Shown here: positions 49,524 to 58,987 of the stretch, one piece after another
How positions within the stretch are numbered: position 1 is the stretch's first letter
How the letters are laid out: every line of letters starts with the position of its first letter
Origin: Candidatus Hermodarchaeota archaeon
GTDB taxonomy: Archaea; Asgardarchaeota; Lokiarchaeia; Sigyniarchaeales; SOKP01
Length of the DNA: 64,000 bases
Assembly: GCA_048885925.1 (NCBI GenBank)
Contig: JBHLLG010000011.1
Span: forward strand, 1,200 to 65,199
Direction of reading: 5' to 3'
Notes under the pieces: generated by a model
Database searches by the model: none
Seen by the model: only the letters and a program-made list of their open reading frames with translations
Told to the model about the DNA's origin: nothing
Program-made: the position numbers and the translations under genes

Positions 49524-50510
49524 TTATTTTTCAAGAAGTTCCTTTGCAATTTCGAATGCATAATTATAATCAAATACTTTCAAACCCTTTGTATTAGCAG
49601 CTTCTTTTAAAATTTGACTTTCTGAATCTGCTTTTAAACGTCCTAGAGCCAATGCTCCGATTCCAAAAATTCCTGGATAAATTTCATCATTCTTATGTTT
49701 GGGTTTAATACCATCAATACCATAAGGTGGAACCAAATTAATATCTACAACAATTTTCTTGCCATTTAATTTTTTCATTAATTCTTCATTTAAAATCTCA
49801 ACACCCGCTGCAGCTAATGACCATATAATCTCAGCATTCTTTACGACATTAAATCTCTCTTCTAATTTAGGAGCAAAAACACCCTTAATTTTTATTGTTT
49901 GATCCCCTATCTCTTCATTAAGTTCTGTTACTAGTTGTTTAATGAAATATTCATTAGATTTGTCCCAAGTTTCTACTAAATAAGTATTACACCCAATTCT
50001 AGCTGCTAAAATTGCCGCTATTTGCCCCACTGGACCTGCACCGAAAATTACAACTTTCTTATCTTTTAAATCATTAAAGCCATGCTTCTTTTTAGCTATA
50101 TCTATTGTCATAGCGACTACAGCAGAAGCAGTAGTATGAGATCCTCTTGGATCAATTATCACAGGACATTCAAAAGGAGGAACCAACGACTTTATAACAG
50201 CCTTAGCTATTTTTTCTCCTTCTTTAACATCTGAACCTCCAATAAAAAAAGTAGTAGGCGCATTTGGTTTACGTGAAAAAATTGCATCTTGTACCAATTT
50301 AGGTACATTCTCTGCTCTCATCTTACTTATTGGTATGACAATATCAAATCCTGAATCATATGCCATATTTATATCAAATGGTGAAGCATTGTCATCTGTA
50401 TCAAAGAAATAACAAATCTTATCTGAAGTATCTTTCTTTTTAATAATGATAGGGGTCAATTCTATTATCGATTTCTTTCCAAGAATGCTTTCAACCTCTC
50501 TTTCTACCAT
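49524..50510 (-). CDS. MtdA/MtdB-like NAD(P)-dependent methylene-tetrahydromethanopterin/tetrahydrofolate dehydrogenase
   Basis: YFFDTDDNASPFDINMAYDSG..., ...FFIGGSDVKEGEKIAKAVIKS..PPF...IDPRGSHTTASAVVA..., Rossmann VVIFGAGPVGQIAA, and the tail FGIGALALGRLK are collinear with the methylotroph MtdA/MtdB family as I recall it. Confidence 0.65.
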   Translation of the reverse strand: MVEREVESILGKKSIIELTPIIIKKKDTSDKICYFFDTDDNASPFDINMAYDSGFDIVIPISKMRAENVPKLVQDAIFSRKPNAPTTFFIGGSDVKEGEKIAKAVIKSLVPPFECPVIIDPRGSHTTASAVVAMTIDIAKKKHGFNDLKDKKVVIFGAGPVGQIAAILAARIGCNTYLVETWDKSNEYFIKQLVTELNEEIGDQTIKIKGVFAPKLEERFNVVKNAEIIWSLAAAGVEILNEELMKKLNGKKIVVDINLVPPYGIDGIKPKHKNDEIYPGIFGIGALALGRLKADSESQILKEAANTKGLKVFDYNYAFEIAKELLEK

Positions 50511-50551
50511 AATATCAACTCCTATTTTTATAAATTTAATAAAAAAAAATA

Positions 50552-51280
50552 TTAAGAAAGATCAACTTCTAACTCTTTTTCAAAAACTTGCTCAACTGAT
50601 TCTGTTTTAATAGTTCTTTCTATTCTCACTTGTTCGATTTCAATCCCTAATTCTTCTGAAAGTTTCCCAAGTCCAATAAAATGTCGTGGATCACATATAA
50701 ACATACCAATAATTTTATTCCCTTCTATTTCTCTTGCAACATTTAATATTTTCATCATCATCCAAGCTTCTCTAACTTTATATCTTATTTCATCTTCTTG
50801 AGAATCATAGTCTTGTTTTAAATATTCTTTCCATAATACAATTCTCTGAAAAATGTCATCATTTTCAGGAATATTTTGTTTAGTTTTCATAATTTCATTT
50901 ATTCTTCGCTCAAGGTTTTTAATATGGATTCTATGCTCATCTAACGTGGAAGAGAGATATAATTCCGCATTCTCTGAAATATCTGCATAATCAAAAGGAA
51001 TTTTTCGATTTTTAAATAACAATCTAAGCGGTTCATTTGAATTCATGTCATTTTTCCACATATTTGGCCTCTCTTCTAAAGCAAATTTAGGTTTGTATTT
51101 TTCAAGGAGTACATCAATCAATTGAAGATATTCCTTAGAAATTAAATGAAGATTCCAAAAAAGATCTTCTTTTAAATTTTTAGGAATTTCAAACCACCAA
51201 TCGATAGGAAATTCACTCTCTACTAATACCAATTTTAAACTTTTATTTTTTAAAGGTTTTAATTCTAAAACTTCAGGCAT
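50552..51280 (-). CDS. Hypothetical protein, tandem paralogue of 51306..51923
   Basis: The N-terminus MPEVLELKPLKNK is shared with its neighbour (MEVLELKPIENKK). REAWMMMKILNVAREIEGNKIIGMFICDPRHFIGLGKL is weakly TraB/GumN-like. Confidence 0.45.
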   Translation of the reverse strand: MPEVLELKPLKNKSLKLVLVESEFPIDWWFEIPKNLKEDLFWNLHLISKEYLQLIDVLLEKYKPKFALEERPNMWKNDMNSNEPLRLLFKNRKIPFDYADISENAELYLSSTLDEHRIHIKNLERRINEIMKTKQNIPENDDIFQRIVLWKEYLKQDYDSQEDEIRYKVREAWMMMKILNVAREIEGNKIIGMFICDPRHFIGLGKLSEELGIEIEQVRIERTIKTESVEQVFEKELEVDLS

Positions 51281-51305
51281 TTAATATCCCCTCTTTTTAT
51301 TTTTT

Positions 51306-51923
51306 TTATAATATTATTTTTTGTATAGTATGTTTTTTATTATAAGAGATTACTTTTACACCTATTTCTCTTAAATTTTCAACAATTTGTAGACATATAT
51401 CTTCACATATATCTTCTTGAACAAAATGGACAAAAAAAATGGTATCTTTTTTAAATGAGCATGCTATATCCAACATTTTCTTGACGATCCATTGAGGTCT
51501 TAACTTTAAACTAAGAAATATCTCCTTTTCTTGAATTTCTTCACCTAACATATCGATCCAATTTTTTAAACTTTGCCCTTTATAAGATTCTTTATTCTCC
51601 ATCATTTCATATTCTTCAAACAATTCATTTTGAAACTCTTGTTTTTCAATTATCTCTTGATATAAATATCCCATTGCATAATCAGGAATATCTACTTGAA
51701 AATAGGGAATCTTAAGTTCATTCAAGGCTAGAGCAAAAGTAGTTTTACTAAATTCTTTCATATCAACTTGAAAATCAACTGTAACAAAATCAATATTGTT
51801 TCTTTTCAAAAATTCAACTAATTTTGAATGATCTACATTCTGAAAATATCTAGCATTTTCTTTAGAAGATACATATACAACAATTTTTTTATTTTCTATT
51901 GGTTTTAATTCTAATACTTCCAT
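51306..51923 (-). CDS. Hypothetical protein, tandem paralogue of 50552..51280
   Basis: 205 aa with the shared N-terminal motif. ...LRPQWIVKKMLDIA...IFFVHFVQEDICEDICLQ is comparable to its neighbour's C-terminal region. Confidence 0.45.
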   Translation of the reverse strand: MEVLELKPIENKKIVVYVSSKENARYFQNVDHSKLVEFLKRNNIDFVTVDFQVDMKEFSKTTFALALNELKIPYFQVDIPDYAMGYLYQEIIEKQEFQNELFEEYEMMENKESYKGQSLKNWIDMLGEEIQEKEIFLSLKLRPQWIVKKMLDIACSFKKDTIFFVHFVQEDICEDICLQIVENLREIGVKVISYNKKHTIQKIIL

Positions 51924-52033
51924 TTTTAATATCCACCTTCAGAATCAATTCTTTATCAACTAAATTTATTGAATTTATAAAATGATTCATTTATTTTTCA
52001 TATACAACTCTAAGAAGCGTTGTATTTACTCTA

Positions 52034-52128
52034 ATTAAATGATGATTTGAAAAAGATTTAAATAATTTGATAAGAATAATTTTAATCGATTTGACAATAA
52101 AATTTATCAAATTTCTTTTTTGTCAAAT
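52034..52128. promoter_or_regulatory. Conserved intergenic element, copy A, with TTGACAA-type inverted repeats
   Basis: 52034-52110 aligns without gaps to 61194-61270, 61 of 77 positions identical by my count, including the exact 14-mer tgataagaataatt. It contains ttgacaataaaatttatcaa, plus a 9-bp perfect inverted repeat atttgacaa (52089-97) / ttgtcaaat (52120-28). Confidence 0.45.
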
Positions 52129-52658
52129 TTTTTATTCAAGGCTAAAATTAGATTGTTTTATTTTCCCATGATTTTATAAAAAATCATACTATCTTAATTT
52201 GAATATTATTTTTATCATGAAATTAGAAAAAATTAAATTTTTTTATAATATAAGAGAAGTAACATTGGAATGTTTGGTCTTATACTATATATCGTGTGAT
52301 ATATTTATTTTGTTGTTAATATTATTAGATAATATGATTGATTTATATGTATAAATCTATTGAAATTGAATAAAATGATCATTTCCATCTAGTCTAAGTA
52401 GTTTTTCCCAATTACAGGTTTTTGGATCCTTAAAATAAAAGTTAAAGTTTTTATATTTTGACTACCATTTTAATCATGATGATAATTAAAATTCAAAAAA
52501 AACAAATAATTCATTGATAATCAAGATTGTTCATGTTCTATAAAGTTTAATCTGAAGATATATATTCTGCTTTACTCATCCAATTATTTCCAATTTAAAG
52601 CTTTATCGTGAATGTAAAGAAAGTAATTTTTAAAATTGAAATTATAATTATTTAAAAG

Positions 52659-52841
52659 TTGGAGGGAAAAAAAACATTGGTTGAAAAGAAAAAGGAAAAA
52701 GAGTTTTGTCCTATTTGTGGGTTCATTATAGAAGAAAACGATTATATTTATAGACATAAAGGACCTAGTGGGTATAAATGTTCTAACTGTGGATTTTTTG
52801 AGTTAATAGTCGAGAATCAATATTCAATACATCACTATTGA
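52659..52841 (+). CDS. Small zinc-ribbon protein
   Basis: CPICGFIIEEN...YKCSNCG. The start is uncertain: TTG at 52659 overlaps a GGAGGG Shine-Dalgarno-like run, and TTG at 52677 is an alternative. Confidence 0.4.
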   Translation: MEGKKTLVEKKKEKEFCPICGFIIEENDYIYRHKGPSGYKCSNCGFFELIVENQYSIHHY

Positions 52842-52851
52842 TGAAATAAAC

Positions 52852-54057
52852 TTGTTAATCTCAGAATTATCATGTAAAAATATTGGAAATTTTATTAATC
52901 AATGTTATAGTTGTAATCGTTGTGTCAATGTATGCCCCTTATCTCATTTAGGACTTTTTTTTCCAAGGCATTTAATTTCAGATTTAATATTCTCAGGATT
53001 AGAACAGGTTATAACAAATAATAATATTTGGAATTGCCTTACTTGTGGACAATGTTCAATCTACTGTCCTATGACTCAAGAAGCTAAGGGTGTCAATATA
53101 CCTGAATTAATTTTAGAGTTAAGAAAAATTTCTCTTAAAAATAATTCCGAATTAGAAAAGATAGTAAAATGTGAAACTCATAATGATATTTTTACTTTAA
53201 TTTCAAAAATTATGGCAAACAATCCTTTACATCCTGACAAATTAGGATTTCTAAAAACAAAAGGATTAAAAACTTCAAAATCAGGTGAAATTGCTTACTT
53301 TATTGGATGCCTGCCTTTAATGGATGATCTTTTTTATAAATTTGATTTCAATTATACTGACATTCCTTCAACAATAATAAGTTTACTTAATGAAAATGGT
53401 ATTGCACCAGTAGTTTTGAATGAAAAATGTTGTGGACATGATGTTTTTTGGGGCAGGGGTGATATTGAAACGTTTACCAAACTTGCCAATTATAATGTTC
53501 AGCTTTATAAAGACGCTGGAGTAAAAACTATTATTGTTAGTTGTGCTGAAGGATTTAAAACATGGAAATTTGATTATCCTAAAATAATAGATGATTTTGA
53601 TTTTAAAGTATTGCATTTTACAGAATTTTTTCTCAATAAAAAAATTCTTGAAAATGTTAAATTTCCTTACAATTTTAAAATTAAGGTAACTTATCACGAT
53701 TCTTGTCGAATAGGACGTTTAGGAGGAAAATTGTATAATCCTCCAAGAGACTTATTAAAACAGATTCCAGGTGTAGAATTGATTGAAATGGAGTATATTA
53801 AAGATGATGCTAATTGTTGTGGTGTTTCAGCATTTGCAAATTGTAATGAGGCTACACGCTTTCTACGGCAAAATCGTATTAATGAAGCACTTAATACCGG
53901 AGCAGATTACTTAATTGTTCCTTGTCCTAAATGTCTTACACATTTCAATTGTTACATAAATGAAATTTCTTTAAATGAAGAGAATAATGAGCATAGAAAT
54001 AAATTTAAAGTAATTGATTTAGCAAGTTTTATTGGAAAACTGCTAATGTTTGTTTAG
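52852..54057 (+). CDS. HdrD-like protein (HdrC-type 2x[4Fe-4S] + two HdrB-type CCG domains)
   Basis: CYSCNRCVNVCP and CLTCGQCSIYCP are followed by two CCG motifs (EKCCGHD, ANCCGVS) and CPKC. TTG start. Confidence 0.75.
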   Translation: MLISELSCKNIGNFINQCYSCNRCVNVCPLSHLGLFFPRHLISDLIFSGLEQVITNNNIWNCLTCGQCSIYCPMTQEAKGVNIPELILELRKISLKNNSELEKIVKCETHNDIFTLISKIMANNPLHPDKLGFLKTKGLKTSKSGEIAYFIGCLPLMDDLFYKFDFNYTDIPSTIISLLNENGIAPVVLNEKCCGHDVFWGRGDIETFTKLANYNVQLYKDAGVKTIIVSCAEGFKTWKFDYPKIIDDFDFKVLHFTEFFLNKKILENVKFPYNFKIKVTYHDSCRIGRLGGKLYNPPRDLLKQIPGVELIEMEYIKDDANCCGVSAFANCNEATRFLRQNRINEALNTGADYLIVPCPKCLTHFNCYINEISLNEENNEHRNKFKVIDLASFIGKLLMFV

Positions 54058-54114
54058 GTTAAAATAACAAGATTGGAATAAAAATTCAATAAATTTATTT
54101 AATAGCTGTGTTGT

Positions 54115-57100
54115 ATGTTAAATTTGCAGAGTAATGTTTTGGTCATTGGAGGAGGAATCTCAGGGATACAGGCATCTCTAGATCTAACCAAGTTAGGTTT
54201 TAGAGTATATTTAGTCGAAATTCAACCAACAATAGGAGGTACAATGGCCCAATTGGATAAAATATATCCCACCCTAGATTGTAGTTTATGCATCCTTGCG
54301 CCAAAAATGGTTGATGTGTATAGAGATCCAAATATAGAATTATTTACTTATTCTTATGTTAAAAAAATTACTGGAAATGCTGGGAATTATACAATTACGG
54401 TTATAAAAAAGCCAAGATATATAAAAGAAGAGATTTGTAAAGGATGTGGTGATTGTGGAACCGTTTGTCCAGTTAGAGGAATCCCTAGCGAATTCGATAC
54501 CAATTTAAAAACTCGAGGAGCTATTTATATTCCTTTTCCGTCATCAGTACCTCCAATATATATTATCGATGATTCAAAATGTTTATATTTAAATTATCAG
54601 ATATGCGGGCTTTGTGCTAAAGTTTGTACTGCAGATGCTATAGATTTTTTACAAAAATCAGAAGAAATTACATTAAATGTAGGAGCAATCATTATTGCTA
54701 CAGGAAATAATCAGGAAATGCCAGAAAAATATACCAATTTTGCTGGTTCCTCTCCTAATGTCTTATCTAATATGCAATTTGAACGTCTTCTTTCTGCGAA
54801 TGGGCCTACTGGAGGTCAAATCATAAGATTAGATGACAAAAAACATCCTAAATCAATTGGTTTTATACAGTGCGTGGGTTCTCGAGATTTTCATCATCTT
54901 GAATGCAAAAAATATTGTTCTGCAATTTGTTGTATGAATTCGGCAAAGGAAGCAATTGTTGTGAAGGAACATAATCCAAATATTGAATGTTATATTTTTA
55001 ATACAGAAATCAGAGCAAAAGGTAAAAATTTTTATGAGTTTATTGAAAAAAGTAAGAATGAATATAATGTTAAATATATAAATGGACATGTTTCATATAT
55101 TAAAGAGAATTTAGATAATGGAAAATTAAGATTATATTATGAAGATATTGATAAAGGAAAAGTTGGAACTTTTGAAGTAGATATGGCTGTTTTAGCAAGT
55201 GCATTATCTCCGACCCCTTCGTATTATGAACTTTTAAAACAACTTAATGTAGATTGTGACGATTTAGGATATATTCGTGAGGAAGACCTCATTTTACTTG
55301 AAAAAAAGAATGTATTTGTTTCAGGTTATTCTAAAAAACCTAATGATATCCAAATGGCTGTTGCAGAGGGTTCTGCATGTGCAGCAAAAATTAGTGAAAG
55401 ATTTTATCCTTTCAGATTTCAAAATATTAAAAAGGTAGAATATCCCCCAGAAATAACAGTAAGGTTAGAGGATGACCCGCGTGTTGGTATTTTAGTTTGT
55501 CAATGTGGTATCAATATTGGAGGAATTGTTAATGTTTCTGAAGTCGTAGACTATGTTTCTAAATTGCCCTATGTAGTACATGTCGAAGAAAATATGTATT
55601 CATGTAGTTCAGATTCACAAGAACGGATTAAAGAATTAATCATTAAATATAATCTTAATAGATTTATAGTTGCATCTTGTACCCCTCGAACACATGAACA
55701 ACTTTTTAAAAATACTCTCAGAGAGGTTGGATTAAATCCATTTTTATTTGAACTAGTAAATATAAGAAACCAAGATTCTTGGGTTCATCAAAACGAACCT
55801 AAAAAGGCAACTAAAAAAGCCTGTGATTTAATTAGAATGTATTTAGCAAAGGTGATTAACCTAAAACCATTAGAAACCATTAAAGTTAAAGTTAAACAGT
55901 CAACTCTAATAATTGGTGGAGGCATATCAGGAATTACTGCCGCACATAATTTAGGAAATCAAGGGTTTGAGGTTTATCTTTTGGATAAGAGATCTATTCT
56001 TGGAGGCAGCGCACTTGAATTTATAGATTTATACTATATACCTATTACTAAAAATGAAATTTTACAGCAAATTAATGATTTAAAGAATAATTCTAATGTT
56101 CATATTTTATTAAACTCTGAAATTGTTGATGTTCAAGGTTATGTTGGAAATTATCATGTTAAAGTTAAAAATATACAAGAGAATTCAAAAGAACAAATCC
56201 TCAATGTAGGTACAATAATAGTAGCAACAGGAACAAAGCAAATAAAGACAGTTAAATGGAAAGAATTATCAGAACGATATCCCAAACGTGTCCTTACTCA
56301 AACAGAACTTACTGCAATAAATGATGTAGATATTCCTGAGTTTAAGGATGCTACAATAATATTATGCGTAGATCAAAGGAGAGATGTATTTAATGACGCA
56401 GAATACATAAAAACTTATTGTTCAAATATTTGTTGTGGAGTTGCATTAAAAAATGTTGAAAAACTATTAAATATCAATCCTAATGCCCAAATTCACATTT
56501 TATATAGAGAATTTCAATTTACAGATTTAAACGCTGAAAATCTATGTCGAGGGCTTCGGAAGAAAGCAATATATGAAAGATATCACTCTATTAATGATAT
56601 CAAAATCAGTGATGAAAAAGATCACTTCCATATTATATATAAAAATATAAGCGCTCAAACAGATATAGAGTATAATACAGATTTATTAATATTAGCTACT
56701 CCTAACGTTCCTTTTGATGATACTAAAAAATTAGCTAAATTATTAAAGGTATCCACAAATAAAGATGGATTTTTCTTAGAAGCAGATGCAAAGCTTAGAC
56801 CAATAGATTTTGCCACTGAAGGTATATTTCTATGTGGAGGAGCTCATTGGCCAAAATGGATTGGAGAAAGTATAATTCAAGCTTATGGTGCTGCCGGAAG
56901 AGCAACAATAATTATGGCTAAAGGAGAAATAGAAACTGAATCTATAACTTCCTATATAGACGAGGAAAGATGTATCGGTTGTGGTAAATGTATTGAGATT
57001 TGCCCATATAATGCTATTGAATTGATAGAAAGTCGTAAAAAAATGGGTTTATACAATATAAGTTTAAGAAAGTCACGTATAATTAAGGCTCTTTGTAAGG

Positions 57101-57228
57101 GTTGCGGAGCTTGTGTTGCAGAGTGTTCAGTTGGAGCTATTGATCAGAATCACTTCAGTAAATTTCAAATTAGCAAAATGATCGACTTATTAACTGATAT
57201 TGATATAGTAGATTATGAAATTATTTAA
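54115..57228 (+). CDS. hdrA: Tandem HdrA-HdrA fusion protein (1037 aa)
   Basis: Two FAD dinucleotide motifs (VLVIGGGISGIQASLDL, LIIGGGISGITAAHNL). Module 1 has YPTLDCSLCILAPKM and an inserted ferredoxin (CKGCGDCGTVCP). Module 2 begins with the HdrA N-domain (GILVCQCGINIGG...IVASCTPRTHE...NIRNQDSWVH) and ends with a 2x[4Fe-4S] domain (CIGCGKCIEICP, CKGCGACVAECS). Confidence 0.85.
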   Translation: MLNLQSNVLVIGGGISGIQASLDLTKLGFRVYLVEIQPTIGGTMAQLDKIYPTLDCSLCILAPKMVDVYRDPNIELFTYSYVKKITGNAGNYTITVIKKPRYIKEEICKGCGDCGTVCPVRGIPSEFDTNLKTRGAIYIPFPSSVPPIYIIDDSKCLYLNYQICGLCAKVCTADAIDFLQKSEEITLNVGAIIIATGNNQEMPEKYTNFAGSSPNVLSNMQFERLLSANGPTGGQIIRLDDKKHPKSIGFIQCVGSRDFHHLECKKYCSAICCMNSAKEAIVVKEHNPNIECYIFNTEIRAKGKNFYEFIEKSKNEYNVKYINGHVSYIKENLDNGKLRLYYEDIDKGKVGTFEVDMAVLASALSPTPSYYELLKQLNVDCDDLGYIREEDLILLEKKNVFVSGYSKKPNDIQMAVAEGSACAAKISERFYPFRFQNIKKVEYPPEITVRLEDDPRVGILVCQCGINIGGIVNVSEVVDYVSKLPYVVHVEENMYSCSSDSQERIKELIIKYNLNRFIVASCTPRTHEQLFKNTLREVGLNPFLFELVNIRNQDSWVHQNEPKKATKKACDLIRMYLAKVINLKPLETIKVKVKQSTLIIGGGISGITAAHNLGNQGFEVYLLDKRSILGGSALEFIDLYYIPITKNEILQQINDLKNNSNVHILLNSEIVDVQGYVGNYHVKVKNIQENSKEQILNVGTIIVATGTKQIKTVKWKELSERYPKRVLTQTELTAINDVDIPEFKDATIILCVDQRRDVFNDAEYIKTYCSNICCGVALKNVEKLLNINPNAQIHILYREFQFTDLNAENLCRGLRKKAIYERYHSINDIKISDEKDHFHIIYKNISAQTDIEYNTDLLILATPNVPFDDTKKLAKLLKVSTNKDGFFLEADAKLRPIDFATEGIFLCGGAHWPKWIGESIIQAYGAAGRATIIMAKGEIETESITSYIDEERCIGCGKCIEICPYNAIELIESRKKMGLYNISLRKSRIIKALCKGCGACVAECSVGAIDQNHFSKFQISKMIDLLTDIDIVDYEII

Positions 57229-57240
57229 TTTGGGGGATTT

Positions 57241-57720
57241 ATGCTGATAAAAATTAAAAAAGTAAGAAATAATGAATTTGAGCCTAAGATACTTGTTTTT
57301 TGTTGTAATTGGTGTAGTTACGCTGGTGCAGACTTAGCAGGAGTCTCGAGATTCCAATATCCCCCAAACATTAGGATTATTAGGGTAATGTGTTCTAGCA
57401 GGGTTGAACCAATATTTGTTCTACGAGCCTTTAATAATGGAATAGATGGAGTATTAATTATTGGATGTCACATGGGAGATTGCCATTATATGAAAGGATT
57501 TGAATATACTCAAGATAGAATGGATCATTTAAAGAAGTTAATAAAATGTATTGGGATTGAAGCAGATCGATTTCAATTGCACTCCATTTCTGCAAGTGAA
57601 GGAAAACAATTTTCAGAATTAATTAAAGAATTCACAGAAAGAATTACAGGATTAGGAGAATTAAAAATTCCTAAAAAATCAGGAATAATTGAATTAGAAT
57701 CTAATTATAAAACAAATTAA
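57241..57720 (+). CDS. mvhD: MvhD-type (F420-non-reducing hydrogenase delta subunit-like) [2Fe-2S] protein
   Basis: ILVFCCNWCSYAGADLAG...IRIIRVMCSSRVEP...GIDGVLIIGCHMGDCHY is the canonical MvhD/FlpD pattern. All positions are Cys, with no TGA. Confidence 0.85.
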   Translation: MLIKIKKVRNNEFEPKILVFCCNWCSYAGADLAGVSRFQYPPNIRIIRVMCSSRVEPIFVLRAFNNGIDGVLIIGCHMGDCHYMKGFEYTQDRMDHLKKLIKCIGIEADRFQLHSISASEGKQFSELIKEFTERITGLGELKIPKKSGIIELESNYKTN

Positions 57721-57734
57721 AAAGAGGAATTAAA

Positions 57735-58850
57735 ATGACTGAATTAGGGTTTCAGAAACTTGAGCAAAGCAACGTAAAAAATTTTCAGGATCTTCAGAAC
57801 GAAATAATTAAAACTAATAAATGTTGTGCATGTGGAGCTTGCATAGCATATTGCGAGAGTCAAAGTTTTGATGTTATTGAGATGAACGGCTACATTCCTG
57901 AGTTTAAATCAGAAAAAAGTGTTAATAATTGTACTAAATGTGGTGTCTGTTATTATATTTGCCCTCAAACTAATATATTATTAAAAGAATTAAATGATAC
58001 TTATTGTATTGAAGATAAAATTGGGCATATTTCCAAAATTTTTGCTGCTAAAACAACAGACTTAGCATTAGAAAAAGTTGGACAGGATGGAGGTGTTGTT
58101 TCGGCAATTCTAACATTTTTATTTGAAAAACATAAAATTGATGCAGCAATTGTTTCAGAATATAATGCCAACTTTGAACCTGTCCCAAAAATTATATTTG
58201 ATAAAGAAGATTTATTCAAATCAGCAGGTACACGTTATTCTATTTCTCCTCAAATATTCCCTTTAAAAAACTTATATACCATACCGCAAGAGATTCTTAT
58301 GAAAAAGGAAATATTTGATATTGACCAGCTAAGAATTGCATTTATAGGAACTCCTTGCCAATGTAGAGCAGTTAGTAAAATGAAGTTTTTATTCGTGAAA
58401 CCAGCTCATGTCATTAAGTATATTATAGGTCTTTTCTGTTATGAGAATTTTATTTATTCTCAACTATATGATATTTTACAAAGAGAAACAAAAGTTGATC
58501 CTACTAATATCAAGAAAACTTGGATAAAGAAGAATTTCTTTATTCAAACTAAGGATAATAAAGAATTTGAAATTAATATCAAAACTTTAAATGCTGCAGT
58601 TAGAAATAATTGCCTTGAATGTGATGAATTCACAGGAAGATTTACAGATATTAGTATTGGAGCATCTGGAGCTCCAGAAGGATATTCTATGATCCTAATT
58701 AGAACTGATAATGGAGAGAAAGTGATAAATAATATGCTTTCAAAAGGAATACTTGAACAATTTATTGTTCCATTTAACAAAACTATTGAGTGGAAAAATA
58801 AGAAATTAGATTGGTTTAATAAATTAATTTCTTTAAAAAACAAGCAGTAG
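57735..58850 (+). CDS. FrhB/FdhB/FpoF-family flavoprotein with N-terminal 2x[4Fe-4S]
   Basis: CCACGACIAYCE and CTKCGVCYYICPQ, then GQDGGVVSAIL...IAFIGTPCQCRAV...GLFCYENF...CLECDEFTGRFTDISIG (FrhB_FdhB N and C domains). Confidence 0.8.
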   Translation: MTELGFQKLEQSNVKNFQDLQNEIIKTNKCCACGACIAYCESQSFDVIEMNGYIPEFKSEKSVNNCTKCGVCYYICPQTNILLKELNDTYCIEDKIGHISKIFAAKTTDLALEKVGQDGGVVSAILTFLFEKHKIDAAIVSEYNANFEPVPKIIFDKEDLFKSAGTRYSISPQIFPLKNLYTIPQEILMKKEIFDIDQLRIAFIGTPCQCRAVSKMKFLFVKPAHVIKYIIGLFCYENFIYSQLYDILQRETKVDPTNIKKTWIKKNFFIQTKDNKEFEINIKTLNAAVRNNCLECDEFTGRFTDISIGASGAPEGYSMILIRTDNGEKVINNMLSKGILEQFIVPFNKTIEWKNKKLDWFNKLISLKNKQ

Positions 58851-58987
58851 AATCTTTATTAACAAATATTTTTAACTTTAATAAAAATAACCAATCTTTT
58901 AATCACTTCAAATTAATTTGAACTGAAGATATAAATTCATATCAATTATTATTCTATATTTTTCTGAAAACCCATACGATGGGTTAG

